Assembly: GCA_919902925.1 (NCBI GenBank)
Contig: CAKKRZ010000068.1
Span: forward strand, 3,267 to 65,478
Direction of reading: 5' to 3'
Source of the DNA: Acidiferrobacterales bacterium
Lineage (GTDB): Bacteria > Pseudomonadota > Gammaproteobacteria > Acidiferrobacterales > Sulfurifustaceae
DNA: 62,212 bases
Shown here: one piece after another, positions 38,921 to 47,259 of the stretch
Layout of the letters: each line of letters begins with the position of its first letter
Numbering within the stretch: the first letter of the stretch is position 1
Notes under the pieces: model-generated
Seen by the model: only the letters and a program-made list of their open reading frames with translations
Databases searched by the model: none
What the model was told of the DNA's origin: nothing
Translations under genes and position numbers: made by a program

Positions 38921-41305
38921 ATGAAAAAAATTCCCGAAGAGGAAATCCGTCAGAAGCTCGGCGATTACCATGCGCCGAAGGGCCTTTACTCCCTTACCAA
39001 GGACATGCCGTTCCTGGGCAAGGTCAGCTGTAATGTCGAAAGCATCACCGCCGGCTCCTGGCAGGAAATCGTGATTGATTACGAACTCGGCGCCTCCGGC
39101 ATGGCCGACGGTTCGTGGTTCAAGGCCACCTTCCGCTTTTACTCCGATTGGGCGCTGTTCCAGACCACCGAGCCTTCGACAGCCAATTATGTCTCGGCCG
39201 AATACCACGCCGCCCCGACCATTCCCGGGCAATCACCGGCCACCGTGCAGAAACTCGCGGTACGTTTCGACCAGAAGGGCCACGAACGCCCGTTCCAGAA
39301 GGCGATCATCGTCGACACCTTCGATGGCTACCTCAAGGCCGGCGACCACATCATTATCCGCCTCGGTGACCGCCGTTTCGGCGGCGCCGGTACACGCGCG
39401 CAGACCTTCGTCGAGCAGAATTTCAAGATCCGTTGCTACGTCGATCCGCTCGGCACCTCGCGCTTCGCGGCAGTCAACCCGGACCTCGTGATCCAGATCG
39501 TGCCGGGCGTGCCGGCGCAGCTGCAGTGGGTCGGTTCACGCATTGTGCGTGCCGGCGAGAAGCTGCCGCTGCGCCTGCGCGCCGAGGACGAATGGGGTAA
39601 CGCCTGCTGGGATCGACCCGAGCCGGTGGAGATTACCGCCACGCTCGACGGAAAACCGGTATACGCCAAGAAGGCAACGCTGGCCAAAAAAGGCTGGGCA
39701 GTGTTGTTGCTCGAAGACGTGCCGACCGACAAGGCGGGCGAACTGGTCATCACCGCTCACCTGCCGGCGCATCCCTGGGTCAAGCCGCAGACTTTCTACG
39801 CCACCGTCGACAAGGCCTTCGAGGCGCCGCGCATCTACTACTGCGACCTGCACGTGCACTCCGAAGACACCATCGGCACCAACTCGACGACCTACAACCT
39901 GACCTACGGCCGTGACGTCGGTGGACTCGACGTGCTGGCGTTTGCACACAATGACTTCAACATCACCACCGAGAAGTGGAAGAAGACGGTGGAGCTGATC
40001 CGCGAGATCACCAAAGACGGCAGCTTCGTCGCCTATCCCGGCACCGAATGGTGCGGCAGCTCCTGCGCCGGCGGCGACCACAACGTGATATTCCTGCACG
40101 ACGGCGAGCCCGAGTTCCCGTTCCTCAAGTCCGGCGAGCACGTGCGCTCGGTGGACTGGAACGAGGACACCAGGGGCGGCCAGGTCGAGCCCGGCGCCTG
40201 GCCGCTGGAAGAACTGTGGATGGCCTATGCGAAAGATCCCGAGGGACACCTGCTGATCCCGCACGTCGGCGGGCGGCGTTGTATCCTCGACTGGCACTAC
40301 CCCAAGCTCGAACGTCTGATCGAAATCGGCTCCAGCTGGGGCCATTTTGGCTGGCTCTATCAGGAAGCCATGGAACGCGGCTACAAGATCGGCGCCACCA
40401 TGGCCGGCGACGAACACCGCGGCCGCTGCGGCGGCGGCGTGCCGGGCACGGCGGTGTTCGGCACCAAGGGTGGCATGGCCGGTGTGATCGCGCCCGCGCT
40501 CACGCGCAAGGACATCGCCACCGCCCTGCGTGCGCGCCACACTTTTGCCTCCACCGGCGAACGCAGCTATGGCCTGCTGCGCTGCGGCAAGCACCTCATG
40601 GGTGACGAGTTCGAGCACAAGGGTGCCGCGACGCTCGAATACCGCTTCCTCGGCGACGCCGGCTGGGACGAGATCGTGGCCTATGACCACACCGGCGAGA
40701 TCTGGCGCCGCGACCTGCAAAAAGAACTCGGCTACTCGGACCGCAAGATCCGTTTCCGCTGGGGCGGTGCGCGCGTCAAGGACCGCTATCGCTGGGCGGC
40801 GTGGAAGGGCAAGATCACCATCACCAACGCCGTCATCAACGACTTCACCGGCCGCGGCTTCGAGCACATCGAGGAAACCTGCTGGCGCGAGTCGGCGACC
40901 ACCGTCGGTTTCAAGAGCGACACCTACGGTGACGTCGATGCCATCGAGATCGACGTCTCACACCTGAAGACTGCCAAGATCAAGGTCGAGGGCACCATCG
41001 ACGGCTACGTGAAGGTCGGCGATCCGCTCAAGGGCAACCCGTTCGTGCACTGCCCAACCTTCGAGTGGGAGATCACCGGCGCCGAACTGCTGGAGGCCGC
41101 GCGCCTGAAGAAAGACCTGCCGGGCGTGGACATGTTCCTGGGCCTGGAGCGCATGTCGGATGCCCCGGCGCCGCGCGAGGTCACGGGCACGCTCAAGATC
41201 GATCCGCACAACGGCCCGCACGGCCACCGCCCGGTGTACCTTCTCGCTCGCCAGGTCGACGACGCCAAGGTCTGGACCTCGGCGCTGTTCTTCACCTTCC
41301 AGTAA
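38921..41305 (+). CDS. DUF3604-like / PHP-type metal-dependent hydrolase family protein, function unknown
   Basis: 794 aa from ATG 38921. CDLHVHSEDT, GTEW, GDHNVIF and GDEHRG look like PHP-fold His/Asp metal ligands. Large extra N- and C-terminal beta-rich regions. Confidence 0.65.
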   Translation: MKKIPEEEIRQKLGDYHAPKGLYSLTKDMPFLGKVSCNVESITAGSWQEIVIDYELGASGMADGSWFKATFRFYSDWALFQTTEPSTANYVSAEYHAAPTIPGQSPATVQKLAVRFDQKGHERPFQKAIIVDTFDGYLKAGDHIIIRLGDRRFGGAGTRAQTFVEQNFKIRCYVDPLGTSRFAAVNPDLVIQIVPGVPAQLQWVGSRIVRAGEKLPLRLRAEDEWGNACWDRPEPVEITATLDGKPVYAKKATLAKKGWAVLLLEDVPTDKAGELVITAHLPAHPWVKPQTFYATVDKAFEAPRIYYCDLHVHSEDTIGTNSTTYNLTYGRDVGGLDVLAFAHNDFNITTEKWKKTVELIREITKDGSFVAYPGTEWCGSSCAGGDHNVIFLHDGEPEFPFLKSGEHVRSVDWNEDTRGGQVEPGAWPLEELWMAYAKDPEGHLLIPHVGGRRCILDWHYPKLERLIEIGSSWGHFGWLYQEAMERGYKIGATMAGDEHRGRCGGGVPGTAVFGTKGGMAGVIAPALTRKDIATALRARHTFASTGERSYGLLRCGKHLMGDEFEHKGAATLEYRFLGDAGWDEIVAYDHTGEIWRRDLQKELGYSDRKIRFRWGGARVKDRYRWAAWKGKITITNAVINDFTGRGFEHIEETCWRESATTVGFKSDTYGDVDAIEIDVSHLKTAKIKVEGTIDGYVKVGDPLKGNPFVHCPTFEWEITGAELLEAARLKKDLPGVDMFLGLERMSDAPAPREVTGTLKIDPHNGPHGHRPVYLLARQVDDAKVWTSALFFTFQ

Positions 41306-41333
41306 CGACTTGAGACCCAACCCGGACCTGTCC

Positions 41334-41363
41334 CGGCCCCGCTGCGACGGGGCCGATTTTTTT
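41334..41363 (+). terminator. Intrinsic terminator
   Basis: CGGCCCCG-ctgcga-CGGGGCCG followed by A and TTTTTTT. Confidence 0.8.
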
Positions 41364-41703
41364 GCGGTCGCCTGAAAACACCCGTCCGTCGGACTGCTCA
41401 GGAATGAAATGCTGCCCGCGACGTGCGTTGTGCGTCGGGCACACGCGCCACCGATCCCGCCTTCCCGCACCACCCATCGGTCGGGATCAGAATAATAATC
41501 AGCGCGCGCAACATATCGGCCGACGAACAGCACGATCCCCAGGCCGCCCGTCCGGCACGGGGCGATGGATTCCCGCCGATCGTGCGACTTCCGGTCTGGA
41601 CAAGATCGTGACGACGAGTACGCTCTCATTTCGTCAGGGGCTGACACGGAAGTCCGCCCGCAGACCGAAGAACCAAAATTGAAATTCTCTACAGGAGTTT
41701 TCC

Positions 41704-42621
41704 ATGATGCCACGGATCGGTATGTTCTTCTCAACGCTGGCCATTGTCGCGACGGCCTTCCTCATCGACACTCCCGCCCGGGGCGAGCCCGGTGCCCAGC
41801 GCCCGGCGGGGGTCCTGAAGACCGCCTACGCGCGTCCGGACGGAACGCCCCTTCCCGCCGGCAACCGCGCCTACCTCGAACCACCGCTGGTGTTGTCCGC
41901 GCCGCCGCGCGAGACCGCCGAGGATGGCAAGAGCATTTACCAGCCCGTGGCCGAATACCTGAGCACCGTCATCGGGCGTCGCGTCGTCTACCAGCACCCG
42001 GGCACCTGGGGCTTGTACCGCACCACTATGCTGCGCGGCGGCTACGACCTGGTTTTTGACGGGCCGCATTTCAACAGCTATCGCATCGAAAAACTCAACC
42101 ACAACGTCCTGGTGCGCATACCGGCCATTCACGAGTTCGTCGTGATCGCCCGCCAGGGCAGTGAGTTCAGGCACATGAGCGATCTGGCCGGTCGCCGCAT
42201 CTGCACGCACGCGCCGCCGAACCTGGGGACACTGGTGCTGTTGTCGCATTTTGAAAACCCGGCGCGTCAACCCGTCATTCGCGACACCACGGGCTGGAAC
42301 GAGATCTTCACCGGCGTCACCTCCGGCCGATGCGACGCCGGCGTGATGCCGCTGACCAACCTGAAACAATTCGACCCCAGCAACCGGATGACGGTCCTGT
42401 TCAAATCCAAGCCGATGCTGAACCAGGCACTCTCGGCCGGACCGCGTCTGTCGTCGGTGGAACAGAACAAGATCTCGGCGGCACTGCTGTCGCCCGAGGC
42501 GGCCGGTCCCACTGCCCGGTTGCGCGCCGAGTACAAGATCGGCCCCTCTTTTGCCGCGGCCACCAACCGGCAGTACGAAGGACTGTCGAACTACCTGCGC
42601 AATGAGTGGGGTTATTACTAA
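41704..42621 (+). CDS. PhnD/SsuA-like periplasmic substrate-binding protein (paralog 1)
   Basis: Signal peptide. The blocks YDLVFDGPHFN, RICTHAPPNLGTLVLL and LSAGPR are shared with the next gene. Family call made by eye. Confidence 0.55.
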   Translation: MMPRIGMFFSTLAIVATAFLIDTPARGEPGAQRPAGVLKTAYARPDGTPLPAGNRAYLEPPLVLSAPPRETAEDGKSIYQPVAEYLSTVIGRRVVYQHPGTWGLYRTTMLRGGYDLVFDGPHFNSYRIEKLNHNVLVRIPAIHEFVVIARQGSEFRHMSDLAGRRICTHAPPNLGTLVLLSHFENPARQPVIRDTTGWNEIFTGVTSGRCDAGVMPLTNLKQFDPSNRMTVLFKSKPMLNQALSAGPRLSSVEQNKISAALLSPEAAGPTARLRAEYKIGPSFAAATNRQYEGLSNYLRNEWGYY

Positions 42622-42771
42622 TCCCGACACCGTCCGTCGGGAATGGATAGCAGTCTGGCGCCAACGGCTAGTGGTTGGCCAAACCCGGGCTAGTGTCAAT
42701 CAGGAACTGTCCCGTCCGGTGCATTCCCGCACCCGGGACATAGGACTGATCTGCTAACCAAGGAGGGTTAC

Positions 42772-43701
42772 ATGCATCCCACCCGCACCACTCTGCTTTC
42801 CCTCACGTTCGGCCTTGGCCTACTGGCAACGCTGTCAACGACCCACGCTGAATCCCGCCAGCAGCGCAAGGTGGCCTATGCGCCACCCACGGCCGCTGCC
42901 GCCCCGGCGGCGGCACCGGCGTCGCGCCTCGGCAGCACGGATGCGACCAACACGGGTCCGCTGGTGTTCAGCGCGCCACCGCGCGGCACGCGCGAAGCTG
43001 AAATCGCCATGTATCAGCCGGTCGCGGAGCTCCTTTCCCGTACCCTGAAGCGCGAGGTGGTTTATCGCCATGCTGACAACTGGCTGACCTACAGCAAGGA
43101 CATGACCCAGGGCCGCTATGATCTGGTGTTCGACGGCCCGGCCTTCAATGGTTGGCGACAGGACCGGCTCAATCACGTGCCGTTGGTGAAGCTGCCGGAA
43201 CCGTTCGTATTCGTGGTCATCACACGCGCGGAGAATCGGGATATCCGCGACATCGCCGATCTCGCCGGCCAGCGCATCTGTGCCCATGCCCCGCCTAATC
43301 TCGGTACCCTGACGTTGCTGAGCCTCTTTCCCAACGCCGCGCGCCAGCCGGCGATCAAGACCACCGAGGGCTGGGACAACGCCTTCAAGCGCATGATGCG
43401 CGGCGACTGCATCGCCACCGTCGTGCCAATCAAAAACCTCGAGAAAAATGACCGTGAAGGCAAAAAGGCGCGTGTCGTCTATCGCCACGCGGCCCTGCCC
43501 AACCAGGCCCTGTCGGCCGGCCCGCGCATCACGGCGGAGATGCGTGATCGCATTCAGCAGGCGATGCTCTCGAAGGAAGGGCGGCAGGCCACCGCCGCTC
43601 TGCGCGCCACCTACGCCGGACGCGACTTCGTGCCGGCCTCGGCGAAGGAGTACGCCGGCCTCGGCGTCTACCTGCGCGACTCGCTCTATTACTCGTATTG
43701 A
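42772..43701 (+). CDS. PhnD/SsuA-like periplasmic substrate-binding protein (paralog 2)
   Basis: Signal peptide LGLLATLSTTHA. Conserved blocks YDLVFDGPAFN, RICAHAPPNLGTLTLL and LSAGPR. Confidence 0.55.
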   Translation: MHPTRTTLLSLTFGLGLLATLSTTHAESRQQRKVAYAPPTAAAAPAAAPASRLGSTDATNTGPLVFSAPPRGTREAEIAMYQPVAELLSRTLKREVVYRHADNWLTYSKDMTQGRYDLVFDGPAFNGWRQDRLNHVPLVKLPEPFVFVVITRAENRDIRDIADLAGQRICAHAPPNLGTLTLLSLFPNAARQPAIKTTEGWDNAFKRMMRGDCIATVVPIKNLEKNDREGKKARVVYRHAALPNQALSAGPRITAEMRDRIQQAMLSKEGRQATAALRATYAGRDFVPASAKEYAGLGVYLRDSLYYSY

Positions 43702-43837
43702 TTTGCCCCGCACACTGCGGCACACAACGGCCCCGGACGGGGCCGTTGTCATGTCAGGCTCAGGTACAGCCGGGCGACAGCCGGCTCGATTGATCGCACA
43801 GAAAGACGTTGGGTTCGGTGCCGTAGGCGTAACCCGG

Positions 43838-43897
43838 TTCGCCGATCGGACCGAGGCGAGGGCCGCGCGACAGGGATGGCGCGTCTGCGGCTTCGCC
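43838..43897 (+). repeat. Single copy of the GCCGATCGGACCGAGGCGAGGGCCGCG..TCTGCGGCTTCGCC repeat module
   Basis: Near-identical to 104-165 and to the reverse complement of 29161-29219. Confidence 0.8.
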
Positions 43898-43923
43898 CTA
43901 GCGGCTGTCCCAGAACTCGCGGC

Positions 43924-44412
43924 TCATTCCTGCCCCTGCTCACGATCCGCCGTCCGCTGCCGGGCCTGCACGTATTCCTTGAGCCCCATCGGATCGGGCG
44001 CGCCATAGAAAATCACCTCCACGTCGCCACCGGCGGCGCTGGAAAACTCCACGTCACCGACATCGAGCAGGCGCTGCATGACCGTCTGGCGGATGTTGAT
44101 GTTGCGCAGGTCGCGGATGCGGATCGACTGCACGCGCCGGGAGATCAGGCCGTGACTGCTCTCGATGCTCTCGGCATCGATCGTGTACAGCCAACTGTAA
44201 CGCCGGAAGACCGCCAACAACACGAGATACACGGCCAGGGCCGCTCCGCCGATCTCGACGGCGTGGGCGAGCTTCGCCGGTAGCCAGGGAATCGTCGCGA
44301 GCCGCAGCAACACCGCCAGCGCGACGCCGGCCGCGATACCGAGCAGCGAAGGCCATTGGTAACGCCACTGCGGGCGAAAACGGTAAGTGCTGTCGCCGGC
44401 TTCTTCGTTCAT
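43924..44412 (-). CDS. Membrane-flanked bacterial PH domain (bPH_2/YdbS-like) protein
   Basis: 162 aa with two TM helices followed by YTIDAESIESSHGLISRRVQSIRIRDLRNINIRQ, typical of bPH_2. Start overlaps the ubiI-like stop (ATGA). Confidence 0.7.
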   Translation of the reverse strand: MNEEAGDSTYRFRPQWRYQWPSLLGIAAGVALAVLLRLATIPWLPAKLAHAVEIGGAALAVYLVLLAVFRRYSWLYTIDAESIESSHGLISRRVQSIRIRDLRNINIRQTVMQRLLDVGDVEFSSAAGGDVEVIFYGAPDPMGLKEYVQARQRTADREQGQE

Positions 44413-45758
44413 GCCGGTCCGACCCGACGCTTTGCCAACGGCGGGCGCTCGCCGGTCAGGCCGGCCGCGTAGCGCATGAAGGCATGCTTGAGCGGTGGCA
44501 GACGGTCCACCGCCGACAACCCGGCGCCGGCCAGTCGCGCCATCGCCGGGATGCGCCCGCTGAAGAGATAGCGGAAGGCCCCGGTGGCGGTCTGCATGGC
44601 GAGGTTGCCCGCTTTGCGTGCGCGCTCGTAGCGACGCAGCACCTCGAACGATCCGACATCCCGGCCCCGACGACGCGCCTCCAGCAACACCTCGGCGAGC
44701 GTACCGGCGTCGAGAAAACCCAGGTTGACGCCCTGCCCGGCCAGGGGGTGTACGGTGTGCGCGGCATCGCCGATCAGGGCGACGCGTTCGGCCACATAGC
44801 GGCGGGCGGAACGGATAGCGAGAGGAAATACGGCGCGGGGTCCTACTTCCCTGATTTCACCCAGACGATCGCCGATGGGAGGCGTGATAGGCGGGACGCC
44901 AGGGACACGTGTCCGAGGGCCGCGCGCCGAGACGGAAGCCCTGCTCGCTTCACTCGCTCGTCCTGTCGTTTGAGTAGGCGCGTTTGCGGTTTCACCGAAG
45001 GCGGCCGCCAGTTCACCGCGGAAGGCGTCGTCGTCGAGGGCCTTGAGGATGTCGGCGCGGTCATTGTCCGCCGACCAGACGATCGACGAACAATCCGCCT
45101 CGGGCAGCGGCAGCAAGGCGAGCGGTCCGGTGGGCAGAAAAACCTGTCGCGCGGTATCGGCGTGCGGCATGGCCGTGCGCACAGTGGCGACGATCGCCTG
45201 CTGGGCCAGATCGTGGGTGAAGGTCGCCAGGCCGGCAGCCTCGCGTACCTTTGAGTGCGCACCGTCGGCCCCGACGATGAGCGAGGACACCAGCACGCGG
45301 CCATCGGCCAACCGCACCGCGCCATGTCCGGCAGTCAGATCGATGCCCGCGATCTCGACGGGACACAGCACATGCACATTGGTGAACTGCTGCAGGCGCT
45401 CAAACAACGCCGCCTGGATCACGCGGTTTTCGATGATGTAACTGAGCTCGGGCTCGCCGATCTCGGCCGCGTCAAACCGGATCGCGCCGGCGCCATTGGC
45501 CTCCTGCACTTCCATGGCGCGCACCGGCGCGAAACGGCGGGACGCGATACCCGCCCAGGCACCGACGTTTTCGAACAGCGCGCGTGATGACAGTGCGATG
45601 GCGCTGACGCGCTGGTCGAACTCCCCGCTCGGCGGTGCCGCGGCCGGGACCTGCTGTTCCAGCACGGCGACCTTGAATTCGCTGCCGCCGAGCGCACAGC
45701 CCAGCGCCGCGCCCACCATGCCGCCGCCAACAATAATAATGTCGTAATTAGAATTCAT
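44409..45758 (-). CDS. ubiI: UbiH/UbiF/VisC/COQ6-family FAD-dependent ubiquinone hydroxylase carrying a 41-aa repeat-derived insertion
   Basis: IIIVGGGMVGAAL and GDAAHTVHPLAGQGVNLG motifs. Position after ubiH matches E. coli visC/ubiI. The symbol is assigned by synteny only. Confidence 0.8.
   Translation of the reverse strand: MNSNYDIIIVGGGMVGAALGCALGGSEFKVAVLEQQVPAAAPPSGEFDQRVSAIALSSRALFENVGAWAGIASRRFAPVRAMEVQEANGAGAIRFDAAEIGEPELSYIIENRVIQAALFERLQQFTNVHVLCPVEIAGIDLTAGHGAVRLADGRVLVSSLIVGADGAHSKVREAAGLATFTHDLAQQAIVATVRTAMPHADTARQVFLPTGPLALLPLPEADCSSIVWSADNDRADILKALDDDAFRGELAAAFGETANAPTQTTGRASEASRASVSARGPRTRVPGVPPITPPIGDRLGEIREVGPRAVFPLAIRSARRYVAERVALIGDAAHTVHPLAGQGVNLGFLDAGTLAEVLLEARRRGRDVGSFEVLRRYERARKAGNLAMQTATGAFRYLFSGRIPAMARLAGAGLSAVDRLPPLKHAFMRYAAGLTGERPPLAKRRVGPA
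44871..44993 (+). repeat. Dispersed-repeat copy inserted in frame within the ubiI-like CDS
   Basis: 123 nt. The tail CCGAGACGGAAGCCCTGCTCGCTTCACTCGCTCGTCCTGTCGTTTGAGTAGG matches 198-248. It is translated as ETANAPTQTTGRASEASRASVSARGPRTRVPGVPPITPPIG. Confidence 0.75.
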
Positions 45759-45783
45759 CTTGATCTCTCGGCGGCGAACAATA

Positions 45784-47022
45784 TTACAGCGGCAGACCGC
45801 GAGCCAGGCGCGGCAGGCGGCCGGCGAGCCCGCTGGTCACCCGGATGAAACCGCGCTTCACCGGCGGCAGCAGGTCAACGGCGATCAGACCGAGGTTGCG
45901 CAGCAAGGCGAGCGGCGGGATATCGTTGGCGAAGACCCGCAGCAGGCTGTTGGTAAACGACGAAATCATACGGTTATCCTTCACGCGCCAGTCTGCGTAA
46001 CGCTGCAGAACGGCGAGGTCGCCGGGGTCGCGGCCCTCGCGTCGGGCATCCACCAGCACCTCGGCCAGCGTGGCCACGTCGCGTAGCCCGAGGTTGAACC
46101 CCTGCCCGGCCACCGGGTGCACGGTGTGGGCGGCATTGCCGATCATCACCGCGCGCGGACGCACGTGTTCACGGATGGTCGTGAGCCGCAGCGGGTAGGA
46201 GGCGCGTTTGCCGAGTCGGGTGAATTGCCCCAAGCGCTCGCCGAAGCGTTCCTGCAGGTGGGCGAGAAACTCCTCGTCACTCCAGGCCAACAGGGTTTCG
46301 GCCTGCGCCCGCGATGTGCTCCACACCACGCCGACGCGGTTCTCGTTGCCGCCGCGCATGGGCAATATCGCCAGCGGACCACTTTCGGTGAAGCGTTCGA
46401 AGGCCGTGCCCACCGACGGCTGGCTCACGGCGGCATTAGTGACCACGGCCGTCTGGTCGTACTCCGTGCGCTCGAAGGCGATGCCCAGTTTGTCGCGCAC
46501 CGCGGAATCGGCACCGTCGGCGGCGGCCACCAGCCGGGTAGTAATGGTGCGTGTCGAGCCGCCCTGTTGCACCGTCAATGTCGCGCCATCGTTGTCGATG
46601 CGCAGATCCGTGACGGTCGCCGGGCACAGCCATTCGATCGCGGGCGAGCGCTGCACCACCGACAGTAGCGCGGCGCCCAGCACCCGGCTTTCCACCACAT
46701 AGCCGAGCGCCGGCAGACCGGCATCCTGCGCGTGCAGGCGCGTGAACCCGAAACGGCCGCGATCGGAGACATGGATGTGCTCAATGGGCGTCACGCCAAG
46801 CTGATCGATCGCCCCCCACACGCCCATGGTCTCGAAGATGCGCTTGCCGCCATAGGCGAGTGCGATGGTGCGATCATCGAAACTCGGCTGCGCCGCCGCG
46901 GTCAGCGGCACGGCCTCGACCACCAGGATCTTCAGGCCGCTGTCGCGCAGGGCGCAGGCCAGGCTGGCCCCCACCATCCCGCCGCCGACGATGACCAGAT
47001 CGTATGGAGCTTCCTGTGACAT
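45784..47022 (-). CDS. ubiH: 2-octaprenyl-6-methoxyphenol hydroxylase
   Basis: YDLVIVGGGMVGASLA and GNAAHTVHPVAGQGFNLG motifs. Start at 47022 or 47028; the track's 47136 start adds a non-homologous leader. Confidence 0.85.
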   Translation of the reverse strand: MSQEAPYDLVIVGGGMVGASLACALRDSGLKILVVEAVPLTAAAQPSFDDRTIALAYGGKRIFETMGVWGAIDQLGVTPIEHIHVSDRGRFGFTRLHAQDAGLPALGYVVESRVLGAALLSVVQRSPAIEWLCPATVTDLRIDNDGATLTVQQGGSTRTITTRLVAAADGADSAVRDKLGIAFERTEYDQTAVVTNAAVSQPSVGTAFERFTESGPLAILPMRGGNENRVGVVWSTSRAQAETLLAWSDEEFLAHLQERFGERLGQFTRLGKRASYPLRLTTIREHVRPRAVMIGNAAHTVHPVAGQGFNLGLRDVATLAEVLVDARREGRDPGDLAVLQRYADWRVKDNRMISSFTNSLLRVFANDIPPLALLRNLGLIAVDLLPPVKRGFIRVTSGLAGRLPRLARGLPL

Positions 47023-47259
47023 GGGCATAGTGGACCATCGCCAGGAACTGCCCGCAAGCATGAGCGAATCTTTCGTTGGCATCGGAATTCCCTGCCGCGC
47101 ATTCCTCCGGGCAATACCGATCACAGCCGTGCACATCGGAAATTAGGCCTACCCGACGCACTTCTCGCTGCGTCATCGCGGTTTTGAGCTGGAACAACTT
47201 GGGTACGCTGCGGAGAAGACCTTGCCCGTACCGCCGGGTATTTGGCTGCGATTTGGGCG

